Shown piece by piece: positions 41,912-56,272 of a stretch of 64,000 nt of DNA (position 1 is the first letter of the stretch; every line of letters starts with the position of its first letter). Below the pieces are notes generated by a model, which was not told the origin of the DNA, ran no database searches, and saw only the letters and a program-made list of their open reading frames with translations. The DNA lies in contig OZ024750.1 in assembly GCA_964016885.1 (NCBI GenBank), positions 20,150,001-20,214,000 of the forward strand. Direction: 5' to 3'. Source of the stretch: Eledone cirrhosa. Taxonomy: Eukaryota. The position numbers and the translations under genes are program-made.

Positions 41912-42162
41912 ATTGTGCAAACAGGGAACATAAATACAAATGTTAAACAACTTATTGCAAGTATAAACTGATTCCTTAAACATGAATATATTTTATCACC
42001 CAAGGTGAATATCGACATTGTACCTTGATATAGAATACAAACACTCACACATAGACTCACACACAGAGAAATATATGTATATATATATATATATACATAT
42101 CATACGCACACACGCACGCACACACTCTTTCTCACACACATACACACATAGACCCACACACC

Positions 42163-42205
<43 letters not shown>

Positions 42206-42701
42206 TACTAAAATGATTCCTTGGCTATTGATGTGAAATTAATAGAGAATAACTTGTAGTCAAAGAACTAGTTCTTCCCCTTTACAAGGCAAGTTATCTC
42301 TTTCATCAATCAAACCAAAAAATCATGTTATCTTTTAAGAAGGGGCTATTTTATTTTATTCCATCTTATGAATGTATTCGATATATTCTTATGTTGTTTA
42401 CTCCTTCAGCGTACTTCTCATCCTGATTTCATTTTTCCATCTACTTTTAAGTATTCCGTTTATATCATAGTGGATATAGTCACACAGGCAAACGCGCACA
42501 CATATATTTATATATTAGTAGTATTAGTTTTTGTTGTTGTCATTTTTGTTGTTGAAGCAGCAACGGTAGCATAGAAACAAACTTTACGGATAGAATGAGA
42601 AATATTTGAATTCTACTCCAAAATGTCCTAAGGATATGTTCGTCCGTTATACAAAGGCTCACATACGTGCTTACACCATTACATAAAAACATACATACAT
42701 A

Positions 42702-42758
<57 letters not shown>

Positions 42759-43094
42759 AGGATGAATATAAAATGAAAGTGCTTTTTTTAAAATGGAATT
42801 TATTAGGTATTGACATATGTTTCTGTAACAGACGGAATACCTATGTATCGCTGCTTGCGTAATCATATAATGTTACCAAGTATTCGATAGCAAATGTATA
42901 ATCAATATATATATATATCAGAATGGAGGCGGTAAAAAAGCGGTTAGACCAGTACTCACCTGAGTACACGGTACTTGGTATAGTAGAGTGGGTAATATGA
43001 AACATTCGGGACCCTAGTTCGGATTTAGCTTTTGAAACGGCCGGAGTTCAACCGTCGGAGTCTCAATCTTTCATATTTCACGTCACTGAGTCAA

Positions 43095-43425
43095 CGTGAC
43101 CGAAATTGTGAGTGATGATGTTGAATCCAATGTTGTACAGACATTTGTGAAGCCGTCAATTTGATGCTGCATCTTTTGTGGTTTACTAGCATTGAGGATA
43201 TTGTTCAGCGAATAAGAAAGTATTCATACAGTCACTTTTAACTTCGTGGGAGACTGCAGACGTCAGAGGTTAAATAGCTCATCATCAGCCATATATTGGA
43301 TTTGTATGTGATCATGACCTCCGTGGAAGGCATCAGCTATCATACCAGAAAAACATACTGAACATTTTGGGGGCGAGGGTATAACCTCGTGTTATATTGT
43401 TTGTCATTAGGAATTTGCTAGGGCA
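43095..43425 (-). pseudogene. Degraded RTE-clade RT fragment
   Basis: FLMTNNITRGYTLAPKMFSMF...DAF...IQYMADDELFNL*RLQSPTK...KMQHQIDGFTNVC resembles the RTE motifs GVKQGCVLAPTLFS...YRTDGKLFNLRRLQAKTK. Confidence 0.7.
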
Positions 43426-43864
43426 GAAAATTGATACCATTATTTTCCATGTGAGTCAGCTTCCACCTCATGAGTGGGCATCACGATTTGTAGACTCCCG
43501 CAGTGATTTGTCTGACCGAATGATATACCCAAAACCACTCTGCTTTCTTTCAATGCGGCTGGAACCGGTAAGGAAGAATCATTTATCACAACTAAGGTCA
43601 GTAAGACGGCTCTTTTCCACAATTTTTAACGTTATTTACCCGGTACATGTCTTAAGTGATCGCTTAGTAACGATCACTTGTAGAGAATATGCGGTAGCGA
43701 TCAAATGTAGAGAATATGCGGCTCGATATTGAGAGGTAATGGGTTCAAAGCTTATTAGCGGCTGCTGATCCCTTTTTCCGTAACTCGATGTAAATTTGAA
43801 TGATGTTCTAAAGCTGTTTTCACGGCTGTCTTCCTACTTTTCGGCATTTCTAAACACACCCCAC

Positions 43865-43933
<69 letters not shown>

Positions 43934-43944
43934 AATAGAGAGGT

Positions 43945-43979
<35 letters not shown>

Positions 43980-43980
43980 T

Positions 43981-44041
<61 letters not shown>

Positions 44042-44261
44042 CATGTCTTCACACAGACACACACAACAACACACATAAACACACACACATATATATATAT
44101 ATCACATAAAAAAAGAGAATCTGTGTTGCGACGAATGGAATTTATGGGACATATTACAATCGTTTCTCTGGTGATCAGCTCGAGGCACGATCGATGTGAT
44201 GTTCGAACTTGACCTCTGAAAATCGCAAGGTCATCAGATACGCCTTGATTCATCCAACACC

Positions 44262-44302
<41 letters not shown>

Positions 44303-44346
44303 CGTGTTCATATCTTTCACATCTAGCTTCTCTCTCACTATATATA

Positions 44347-44406
<60 letters not shown>

Positions 44407-45002
44407 TATGTGTGTGTGTGTGTATGTATGTATATATATATATGTATATATATGTATATATATATACATACATGAGCGAACATTACATGTGCATATTTCC
44501 GTGTACGTGTAGATTTCGTTGTATTGGCTTCCGTATGAACTTAGATACATCACCTGATATTCCACTAAAAATTTCATTACGTATATCACCGATTAAATTA
44601 TTCCCTCTGAAATCTGAAAGCTTTTTCTATTTTTTTTTTAATTCGAAAAAAGGTGTGTTTCAGTGTTTTATGGAAAATGATGTTTACTGTATTATCGGAT
44701 ATTATGTATTCCCTCTTGGGTTACTTGCGGAGTAAAAAAACATATTTCAGCCTTTATTTGATCACATTAATAATAATGGTGTATTATTCTTGTAAAAATA
44801 TTCTGAAAACAACCCATACTTCCATACACACACAAGGGCATGTCCTCTCACGAACTCTCAGATAAACGCACATATACACACACACACGCACACACCAAAC
44901 ATACACATACATACACACAGATATACACACGCACACACACACATATATATATACATATGAAATATACTCAGAATAATTGTTCTCTTGTTACTCATTAAAA
45001 TA

Positions 45003-45038
<36 letters not shown>

Positions 45039-45439
45039 GCACATGCATAGCTATACACACGTGTGTGTAGTTGTATATGTGTATGTGTGTGAACATGGGT
45101 GTATACCTGTTTTTATGTGTTCCCGTCAGGACTTACCGATGAAATCTCGAAGCCTCATTCAAAGCTACTTCAAATTAAATGTTTTATTGTTTTACTCTAC
45201 AGCGTGATTTGAATAAGTTCTACGGTTCAAAATTGTTGTTTTTAGATAAAACGTATTGTTGTATATTGACTTAGTCGTGTACAACCACACATTGTTTCCT
45301 TATTGAGTTTCATAGCACATCGCTTTAGATTTCAAGTAACATACACAACAATAATTTGTAAATTAACACGAGTGATTACATGCACCCATGTGATAGTCAT
45401 TGATTTTTTCACAATATTTTTTCCTGAATTTTTCTTGTG

Positions 45440-46050
45440 GCGCTAAACTCCGCCAGATGCAAACTGCGCATTAACATGTGATATCTCTCTCCACAAAGTT
45501 CGATCACCAGCAGCAGAGTTCAAAGAGCAAAGATGAAGTCCAGTCCTTAAGTTGACGTTGTCAAGCGATCCTTTTGGGTGCCGGCCTCTGCTTCTCCTAC
45601 GAGCCAACCTTCTTTCCAGGCATAAATTTCTCACACGACGAGGTGGTAGTTTTATATGGCCGTATAGTCTGAGTACTCTTGACTTGACAATAGATGTAAT
45701 TGGTCTAAGTTTGGTAATGTTGAGCAGCTCACTGATACAGATACGGTCGCTGAGCCTCTTGCCAATCATAAGTCTCTTGATGCGGTTCTAGATGGAGAGA
45801 ATCTGAAGTGACCTTGTCGTTAAATTAACCCAGACAAGACGGTATAACACAACTGGTAGGGTGTAAGTATCAAAGAGATTAGCCTTCAAATGATAGGGAA
45901 CTCTTTTTGATGTTAGTTCTTGTTGAAAGCTGCCCAATTACTGTAACGTATTTAAGAGAAAAAGCCTCGATTAGCCACAATACCAAGTAATTTTAGGCAA
46001 AGTTCGTAGCTAAAGCAGGCGTTAACAATGTAGGCCCCATATCCTGCTTT
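45440..46050 (-). mobile_element. RTE-like LINE 3' fragment
   Basis: SRVLRLYGHI...RRSRGRHPKGSLDNVNLRTGL...AAGDRTLWREI matches the RTE C-terminal pattern GHIxR...RGRP..W.D...A.DR..WR. Confidence 0.75.
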
Positions 46051-47469
46051 TCTATTCTGCTATATCGTCTGCATCAATAGTCACCAATATATTGGCTTCC
46101 ATTTAATCTTTAAAATATACCCATATATTTCTCGGATATTCCGAGTTCTACGTCCATCAATATCCATGCCCATCACTGGTTTCGACCAGTTATTTTAATT
46201 CTCTTCAACATCGCATTCTATTTATCTTCACAACAAACACGAACAACCCTCTCTTTAAAGCGCAGTCACATTATTCTTTCTCATTACATTCCATTTCTTG
46301 TCACAAGATTCATCTCCTTTTCATTCCCATTGTTTTATTGTCTGTCTATGGAAGTAATATGTCGTGCATCCAACGACGTTTGGTATGGTTAGAAGTTTAG
46401 AATCACACAATAACAAACATACTAATTTCCCACATCAACAGTTTGCCATGTTGGAATATATAGGTGACATGCAGTTTCGTTTACATACATAAATCATTCA
46501 CACAGAAATACATACAAACACACACACACAGACACACACACACAAACACACAAACACATATATATAGAGAAAGATATCGATATATAGATTTATAGATAGC
46601 TAGATACATACATATTGATAGATAGATAGATAGATAGATGGATAGACAGATAGATATATTAAATATATTTTTTTTATCTTTACAATATTTCTTTTAACTA
46701 AAATTAATTCCTTATCGGTTTGCCGAGGGCTACTAAAGAACTTCATCAAGAGCGCAATGAAATATTGTGGCTGTGTTAAGTTTATTTTTTTACGATGTAA
46801 ATATCGTAGCACATCGTAGCATGTACGTGTATTTCAAAGGAAGGAAATTGTATAAGAGTGAATATTCCCAATGGAATTAATGTTTTGGCACTATTTCAAT
46901 ATTCTTAGCATATTAAGAAAAGCAAAAAAAGAATTGTTAAAAATGTACTTTTATAAAGGTTGTAAAAAACAATGGAGAATTGATAGAATATAAATAATAT
47001 TATTTGAAATATTGGGAGAGGCTTACAATTTTCTAGGTTTTTGCGATGGGCTTCAGTGTGTAACTGGTAATGGTACTTATTTATCACTCAAGAATGTCAG
47101 AAAGCAAAGAGTCATACATACATATAGGCATGAGGATACTACATATAATTTTTGTTTGACAATATAAAGGAGGAGGTTCACGATGTAAATAGGAAAAAAA
47201 ATCATTCTCCAGGAATTTATCGTATACATTTATGTGAAAAAAATCAATGTCTTCAATGCATTGGGGGCAATTTATATCTGGTACAAATATTTGTAAAGAG
47301 AATTTTCAATGACATCCAAACGCAGACGCATATATATATGTATTATATATACATACACACACAGACATATTTTTCTAGTCGATCGACTTTCGTCAAATCG
47401 GACCGAGGAAACTATGTTTCCGTTGGTCTTTCCAATTGCTAATACTATCTATCGGTCGCAACTCCAGGT

Positions 47470-47592
47470 AGAAGGAGCAACGTGAAATAAAGTGTCTTGC
47501 TCAAGGACATAACGCATCTCCTGGTTCAGGAATCGAACTCACAACCTCACGATTGTGAATCCAATACTCTAACCACTCAGCCACACGCCTTC
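47470..47592 (-). mobile_element. tRNA-derived SINE family 2 head
   Basis: Reverse complement: gaaggcgtgtggctgagtggttagag (A box)...gagttcgattcc (B box)...gtccttgagcaagacacttt. Confidence 0.85.
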
Positions 47593-47599
47593 ACACACA

Positions 47600-47647
<48 letters not shown>

Positions 47648-47711
47648 ATACATATATTATATATAAATGTATAAATTATACACATTTATTATTTATGTAT
47701 GTATATATATA

Positions 47712-47759
<48 letters not shown>

Positions 47760-47808
47760 TATATATATAATTATATATATATTATATATGTAAATATATA
47801 TATATATA

Positions 47809-47841
<33 letters not shown>

Positions 47842-47862
47842 ATTATATATATATTATATATG

Positions 47863-47929
<67 letters not shown>

Positions 47930-47939
47930 TATATATATA

Positions 47940-47973
<34 letters not shown>

Positions 47974-47974
<1 letters not shown>

Positions 47975-48147
47975 GTGACACATTTTAATTTTTACCTGTG
48001 GAAAATAGTTTAATTAGGAATAAGTATAATTTACTAATACGTAATGGTTAGTATTCAGTTTTAGTTTTAAGTGTTTACCGGTTGCGCATTTCTAATGCTT
48101 TTCAAAACTAATTTTGAGATGGAGCGCTCGTGATGTTTGCTCTAATC
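47974..48147. repeat. TA-abutting repeat; inverted copy at 53608-53773
   Basis: Shared accggttgcgcatttctaatgcttttcaaaa, taattaggaataagt and gtgatgtttgctct. Confidence 0.85.
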
Positions 48148-48181
48148 TGATCAGTTTGGGAAATTATTCCTGTTTTATGCG

Positions 48182-48404
48182 AATAAAGTGGCTCCAGAGG
48201 TATTACTATTTGGTTGGTTGTTGAATGCCATATGAATACGTACTATAAATTTCGCGCCAATTCGTGTGGCCAAAATTCTGGTAGTCAAAATTAATTTGAT
48301 TGGTGGGATTTTTTGCAACACGAATTGGCGCGAAATTTATAGTACTTATTCACGTGACATTCAACAACCAACCAAATCTTAATACCTCTGGAGCAACTTT
48401 TATT
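48182..48404. repeat. Approximately 220-bp imperfect palindrome
   Basis: gctccagaggtatta...tactataaatttcgcgccaattcgtgt / acacgaattggcgcgaaatttatagta...taatacctctggagc; centre tcaaaattaatttga. Confidence 0.93.
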
Positions 48405-48841
48405 TTATTTTTTACTAATATATCACAGCTCGTGTGTCACACCTCTATTTAAAAAAAAAATATATATATATATATATGTATGTATATATATATTTATATA
48501 TATTTATGCCCACACACATACACACATTATTTATATCTTTTTCTTGTAATGTTCGAGATAGGTGCGTCCCTTCAATTCTCGGCTTGTGTTTGGTGATTCT
48601 ATATGATAGTTTGCGTTTCTGCTGGTTCGTTCAAGGATTTGATGTAATGTATGTTATTTTAACTCTCTTCTGGTTATCAGGCAGTCTTGGTCGCAACCAG
48701 CTGCTACAGAAACATTTGTAACGATGATTGATCAATCCCCTATGTAACATCTCCCCTTTGTTCTGATTGTATACACTGTGCTCTGCACCGAGTGCTGACT
48801 TTGGTTCTCTTACCAGTTTTCTTTTGATCTTCTGAACTTTC

Positions 48842-48919
<78 letters not shown>

Positions 48920-49150
48920 TATATGCACATATATTGTATATAGCTATATATATAAATATAATTTCATTGGTAATTTAAATTTTTTAATTACTTTTTATTT
49001 ATTCATTCATAATTGTCTTTATTAAAAAAGATTACTTAATATTTATTTCATATATAAAATCATTTTTTAAAATATATTTCATTAATTTCAAAATACCATT
49101 CCCTTCTGAATTTTCATTTTTCCTTGGTGATTCTGAAACAAAATTCAAAG

Positions 49151-49312
<162 letters not shown>

Positions 49313-49331
49313 GTGTATATATATAAATGTG

Positions 49332-49368
<37 letters not shown>

Positions 49369-49384
49369 CTCAATAAAATGCACA

Positions 49385-49478
<94 letters not shown>

Positions 49479-49481
<3 letters not shown>

Positions 49482-49696
49482 GGAGGTGAGTTTTATTGTA
49501 GTACAATAAAGTAATGCAGATATCGGATAAGATAAGATGTTGATTTAAAACTGCACTATCCACAAGTGTTTTTTAGCCTTCATATCATGTTCTCCTGTTT
49601 TATCTGATGAAAACACAAATATTATTGCATGATGATGTTTGTTTTTGAAATGCACATAATAAAATACATGGAACTCATTTAACCATCTTTTGATCT

Positions 49697-49702
<6 letters not shown>
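49479..49702 (+). mobile_element. Hammerhead-bearing element fragment, family B, with (TA)n on both sides
   Basis: Reverse complement of 38292-38572. Confidence 0.88.
49598..49664 (+). ncRNA. Type I hammerhead ribozyme motif, family B
   Basis: ttttat-ctgatga-aaacac...gttttt-gaaa-tgcaca-ta-ataaaa. Confidence 0.78.
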
Positions 49703-49747
<45 letters not shown>

Positions 49748-50116
49748 TATATGTTTGTGTGTGAGTGTGTGTATATGTGAGAAGGTATGAATATGGGTGT
49801 TTACAGTTGTGCTATGCCGTTTTACAATGTTATTATACATATATATTCCCTACAATGTATTAACGTGAAATCAAACATGAAGATAACATTTCATTACCCA
49901 ATAAACCTTAAATATACAACGGGATATCCTACGTGAACTACTCGTGTTATGTTGTCACTTCAGATATTTCATGACGAAGGAAATTATTGACACAAGTTAC
50001 TGGGGAAAAATATCTTGTCAATTTCTTGTAATCATGATGCAGCGTATATTATTTTGAACGTATAGCCTTTATTGCATAATGATTACTAATATTATTACTA
50101 ATATTATTAGTAATTA

Positions 50117-50303
50117 GGCGGCGGATTGGCAGTATCGGTAGAGGGTCGGACGTTATGCTTTCCAGCATAGTTATGTCCCTTTACGATCTGAGTTCAAATC
50201 CCGCCGAGGTTGACTTTGCCTTTCATCCTTACGGGGTCGATAAAATAAAGTACCAGTAATACACTGGGTAATTGCTGGCCTTGTGCCTAACGTAGAAACA
50301 ATT
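50117..50303 (+). mobile_element. SINE family 1, full length
   Basis: ggcggcggattggcagtatcgg...gtagaaacaatt; attattactaatattatt occurs on both sides. Confidence 0.93.
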
Positions 50304-51144
50304 ATTACTAATATTATTTATTATTTTCTTTATTTCTCTTCAAGATTGAAATAACTTGCTCTTAATGTAATCATGTTATTTCCTCACACATCGAATATTC
50401 AATTATATATGTATACACTCATATACACATGCACACATACCACACACATACACACACACGTACGCATACATACATATATTTCTGCGTGATGTGTGTTCAT
50501 ATATATATATATTTATATATATGTATATATATATATATATAAATGAAAATAGATAAATTAATGTGAGCAAGAGCCAAGAGTATTTCATAATATATAAGTG
50601 AGTATAACGTATATATCCGTCAGTGGGTGTGTCTTTGATGTGTGCGCGTTTTCTTCACGCATAATTTCGTGTTAAATGTTGCCACACCTGTTGAGGATCA
50701 ATGGTAACATACAATTAAAATTTTGATATTATTTTATCTCAATATAGTTATATTTGGTTAATATCTCGTTTGAGGTTTTGCTACCAAAACACTATTTGAA
50801 TGGAAAGTATTTATTTTGTGATTCGAAACTGTTGAGAACAAGCAAAGAAAATTACCACATATATTTTTTCAGACATGTTCCAGTATTCTCAATTCTATTG
50901 TTCATATAGCATCGTAAATATACCGCGGGCGCATGTGTATAAATAGTTTAAAGGGAATTGGTTGACGGGTGTGTGCTCTGACGAAGTGTCTATACTTGAG
51001 TAGTTTCTAATTTCCGAGTGTGGTGTTTGGTACAAAATTGAATCTACATGTTACTATCCTATCTGTTTATATCTTTCTAACACTCTCCCTCTCTTTCTCT
51101 CTCTATATCTCTCTATCTCTACGTCTCTCCGTCACCATATATAT

Positions 51145-51308
<164 letters not shown>

Positions 51309-51334
51309 TGTGAGAGAGGGAATAATGAGAAAAG

Positions 51335-51490
51335 GTTCGTTTGTGTGGGAGTCTACACAAGACGTATATCAAGCAGATTTGTGACGACATAAACTGCAAT
51401 CGCCCTGCTCTGCCGCATATGAGGCATAGTAGAATTGGGTTACGACTGAGAGTCAAGGCAATCCAGTCAGGCAGTGCGACCTATTGATAT
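51335..51490 (+). mobile_element. RTE-like LINE extreme 3' fragment
   Basis: GSLHKTYIKQICDDINC...ALP resembles the RTE C-terminal GRPxxTYIxQLxxDxG. Confidence 0.45.
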
Positions 51491-52298
51491 TGGAAATCAA
51501 AGAGGCATTTTAATTCTTCATGGAGTCCAACAGACGCCAGACTTACATACGGGGTGTCTTGGACATTTTGAATAAGGTGGAACTAATGCATCTCTAAGAA
51601 TCAACACAGTAATTACTTCAAGAGAAGTTAGTGAAAATTTAAAAGGAAAAAGCCCCCTACCCTTCTTTTTCTCTCCCTCTCTCTATATATGCATATATAT
51701 AAAGAGGGAGGGACACATACGGTGTAATGTATGGAGGAAGAGAATGAGAGAACGAAAGGAAAGGAATCCTGTAAATCGATAGAGAGGCAGGTTAAATTTC
51801 AGTACAGGTAATATAAAAGGCAAAGTTAATCACGTTAAGATTTGAATTCTATACCATAATACATTGTATAGTATATACACGCCATTACAAATTCCAAAGC
51901 CCCAGCAGAATATAGCAATTGCGCATTTACATCGATCTAGCTCTTCCTGCAGTTTTACTTAAAACATTGAGAAGCCATTATATGTCTATATTTCCATGTA
52001 AGTGTAAGAATCACTGTTTGTCCTCAAGAAATTGATCCCTAGTGTAAGATTTAGAAAGAAAAATAAATTCAGTTCCACTACTGCCGCTACTGACAGCAGC
52101 GTTCATTACTCAGAATGTAGACCTTTATTCATTCCAATATTTCAAGGCTGACCATTCAACCTTTGCTGACGTTCCAAATGCCAGATGTGATATATGGCAC
52201 TTCAATACTACCATGCATGCCTCTCTACCTTTTCAATGACTTTCACTCTCCTTCTCTTCCTCCCCTTTCTCTTTCATAGTCTCTCTCTCTCTCTCTGT

Positions 52299-52346
<48 letters not shown>

Positions 52347-52895
52347 GCTGCCTCGTTCTCTCTGTTTCTCTTACTTTCTTTCGTCCCCTCTGCCACGTCA
52401 GTTAACTCTTTCTCTCTACTGACCGCGTCCTCGCACTCCCACTCACTCAGTCCCTTTTCTCCCCTTCTTTCTTCCTCCCGTTTGCTGGGAAAACGGTTTT
52501 CATTCTTTCTAACACCGGATTCACTAGCGAAAGGTCTGTTTTCTGACTCGCTCATATATTCACACAGCTTATGCAAAATGAATAACTATGTTGCTTGTGT
52601 TAATTTCCATCTTCGGTTAGCTTCCCCCTGTGTTGTTTACTTGTCTCACTCGCTTTACGCGTTTCTATTGTCCTAATAACTTATTTTAGTTATTATCGCT
52701 CCAACGTGAGGTATATGATTTTTAATGCGATGAAATACCCATGTTCATTTGGTAAATCACTGATGAGGGACTCATTTTATAACATGTTATCCATGTGCAA
52801 CCAGCAGTATTCTTGTCACCCATATTTTCATATATACATATATATATAATAAAGTTAAATAAAAGTCAATTGATTGAAATTTAGCTTCGTTTGTT

Positions 52896-52950
52896 ACTGC
52901 TATATATATTTCAGTGACAGCCATCTTTGGCTGTGACCTCTTCAGGCAGT
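52896..52950 (-). ncRNA. Type I hammerhead ribozyme motif, family F (left arm)
   Basis: ACUGC-CUGAAGA-GGUCACAGCCA/aaga/UGGCUGUCACU-GAAA-UAUAUA-UA^GCAGU. Confidence 0.88.
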
Positions 52951-53158
52951 TTGAATTAGTATGGTATAGACAAGTACATATGTTGTTGAGGTGTATAATA
53001 TTGTCAATACTCTGATATGCCCAGTTCCTTTTTGGGTTGTTATTTGACTCCAGTTCCTCAGTGAAATAACAACCCAACAAGGAACTGGGCATATCAGAGT
53101 ATTGACAATATTATACACCTAATCAACATATGTACTTGTCTCTACCATACTAATTCAA

Positions 53159-53215
53159 ACTGCCTGAAGAGGTCACAGCCAAAGATGGCTGTCACTGAAA
53201 TATATATATAGCAGT
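53159..53215 (+). ncRNA. Type I hammerhead ribozyme motif, family F (right arm)
   Basis: actgc-ctgaaga-ggtcacagcca aaga tggctgtcact-gaaa-tatatata-ta-gcagt. Confidence 0.88.
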
Positions 53216-53363
53216 AATAAACGAAGCTAAATTTTAATCATTTGACTTTTATTTAACTTTATTTTACACTACTCCGGAGTAACCAAACCAACCTGCGCAC
53301 TTCGTCGAGTGCTCCAGCCTGCTTACTGAGGTGTTGGTATACAACCAACATAAACTCAAAATC

Positions 53364-53415
<52 letters not shown>

Positions 53416-53416
53416 C

Positions 53417-53476
<60 letters not shown>

Positions 53477-53504
53477 TCATATATATATGTGTCTGTGTAT
53501 ATAT

Positions 53505-53608
<104 letters not shown>

Positions 53609-53790
53609 ATCAGAGCAAACATCACGGACGCTCTATCTCAAAATTATTTTTGAAAAGCATTAGAAATGCGCAACCGGTGAAACTTAAAACCAAAACTTAA
53701 TACTAACCGATACTATTACTAATTCTCACTTATTCCTAATTAAATTATTTTTCACTGTGAACAATGTGTCAGCATTTTCTATTCCGTTTA

Positions 53791-53870
<80 letters not shown>

Positions 53871-54191
53871 TATATATATAATAACATGGAGAGATAAACA
53901 TAGAAATATGTGTTTAGAATTACGACGGTTGCAAAACCACTTTGGTATGAAGAATATAACCTATCAACCAAACGGAAAATACATGATAACTATTGAATTC
54001 AAATATACAAACCATTTCAATAACAACTATTAATCTAATGGACAGATTAGGGATGTAAAATGTGTGTTTGTCATAGATAATCCCAAGGCTTCTCAATAGG
54101 AGATATGACTCTATGCGACAAACACCTAGGAGTAAATTAGGTAACTAAATGTTACACGAAAGAAAAAATACCTCATGTGACATGCACAATA

Positions 54192-54278
<87 letters not shown>

Positions 54279-54420
54279 AGTGGTATGTGTGTGTGTGTGT
54301 ATGTGTGTGTGTGTGTGTGTGCGCGCGTTTATGCGAGGCTCGGGTTCAATCGGAGGTACCAACGATTAATATATTACTCAATACATTACTAGGGTGTAAA
54401 TATCAAGGTTAAAATAATGT

Positions 54421-54470
54421 CTCCTAGAGGACTAGAACTGTTTCGTTCAAAAGTAATCATCAGGTAAGCC
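54421..54470 (-). ncRNA. Degenerate hammerhead-like motif, family C
   Basis: CUGAUGA...GAAACAGUUCUAGUCCU shared with 15093 and 59534; stem I not paired. Confidence 0.4.
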
Positions 54471-54921
54471 GGCTTGTTAAACTGTTGTATTTATAAATGT
54501 TCTCGTGGTTGGGGATGGCGGTGGTTTTGGTGATGGAAGTAGGTCATATGCCAAGGGATTTTTAAGAACAGGGATTCTTTGAAAAAAGTATGTTTAGATA
54601 TATACACAAAAATCAAACATACATATCAAGGTTCACATTCATAGTCATGTACAAACAAACGCCCATACTTTTGAAGGGTTGATTCATTTTAAGGGTTGAT
54701 TCATTTTAAGCATATCTAGGCCTATCTCAAACACCCAAAAACCTATAAATATAACAGTTTTACAAGGACTGTTGGTTTGTCTGATAATTTCTTTTGAATG
54801 AAGCCGTTCTAAGCCAGTAGAACCCATTTCTATATTACACTTGATATATATATATATATATAGTGTGTGTGTGTGCGTGTGTGCGTGTATATAATTTAAT
54901 ATACCGACAAGTATAGAACAT

Positions 54922-55104
54922 TTTGGCAGTATCGGTAGAGGGTCGGACGCCATGCTGTGACGCATAGAGTTATGGCCCTTGCCATTCTGAGTTCAAATCC
55001 CGCCGAGGTTAACTTTGCCTTTCATCCTTACGGGGTCGATAAAATAAAGTACCAGTAATACACTGGTTAATTGCTGGCCTTGTGCCAAAAGTAGAAACAA
55101 TTAT
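54922..55104 (+). mobile_element. SINE family 1
   Basis: A box, B box, core and tail. Confidence 0.92.
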
Positions 55105-55844
55105 CATTTATATATATGTCCGTATTATTTATTACATATATCGTAACATCTTCGCTTACAACCACTTTTATAATTCAACACTATCTCTAACATTGTTCAA
55201 TTTACAAATGTAAATGTTATAGTTTTGAATTTTAATCATTTTCAGATTTCATTTGTTCGACTAGATTTAAATTACTTTAAAATCCAATTGTATTATTTTG
55301 CCTTATCTTAATTTCATTAATTTTAAATCCCGCACAAATTAAAACAAATATAAAACAAGAAACTATACTTCTTCCACAAAAATATTTGAAGAGATATTAA
55401 ATAACAATTCATATTACATGCTGTATTTTTTGCTGATACCCCAGGGTTTAATTTATTTTAATGTAATCAAATTTTATGAAATTGATTTATTTTAACGGAA
55501 ACGTGCTACGCACATATTTCTCTGTGGCTTCTATTCTTAAAGATAAATCTTCTATTTGAGCAGATGTATGTACGAAGAATGGCAGCGAATTTGTCCAAAT
55601 CTCACCGATGTTGAATTTGCAATGTAACAATTTCATCTCGATAAATAATATAGCAGTCCTGCAGACGTCGATTCTATTTGTCTTTCTTCATATTTCTCCG
55701 GAAAGATGGGTTGTGCCAAGTCTGAATACAGAAGACCCCCCCCCCCCCCCTCAGTATGACGCCTCAGCGACTCAATCAGAAACTAATGAGTCTTTAATTT
55801 TTCTCCAAAGAAGAATAAATCTAGCATCTTATCTCGGAATACAA

Positions 55845-55953
55845 TAATTGTTTCTACTATTGGCACAAGGCCAGAAAATTACCCAGTACATTACTGGTAC
55901 TTTATTTTATCGACCCCGTAAGGATGAAAGGCAAAGTTAACCTCGGCGGGATT
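55845..55953 (-). mobile_element. SINE family 1, truncated in the B box
   Basis: Tail and core are intact; tacaataat is repeated on both sides. Confidence 0.88.
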
Positions 55954-56056
55954 TACAATAATGGTTTCTAATTACGGCTTAAGTATAGCTGTTTTAGATA
56001 ATGGATAATTCAATTAAATCGACACTAGTATTCACTATTATTTAGTCGTACAAGTG

Positions 56057-56272
56057 TGGTGGATTGTCAGTATCGGTAGAGGGTCGGACGTAATGCTTTA
56101 CAGTATAGAGTTACGGCCCTATATGATTTGAGTTCAAATCTCGCCGAAGTTAACTTTGCCTGTTATCCTTACGGGGTCGATAAAATAAAGTACCAGTCAG
56201 GCACTGGGTCGGTTTAATTGACTATCCCCTCCCCCCAAATTGATGGCCTTGTGCCTATATAAAAAAACATTA
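56057..56272 (+). mobile_element. SINE family 1, long variant
   Basis: Consensus plus gtcggtttaattgac and a C-rich insert. Confidence 0.9.

Larger units (their letters stand above)
52848..53362 (+). mobile_element. Fold-back PLE-like terminus, family F: about 415-bp hairpin (52848-53263) plus a 3' tail to 53362, with TA runs on both sides
   Basis: Arms of about 200 bp are reverse complements with a 10-nt loop at 53050-53059; each arm holds a hammerhead. Confidence 0.88.

Noticed and set aside
43079-43115. ctga-gtcaacgtgacc-gaaa hammerhead-like fragment
   Set aside because: Core lacks nGA and there is no stem III or cleavage triplet
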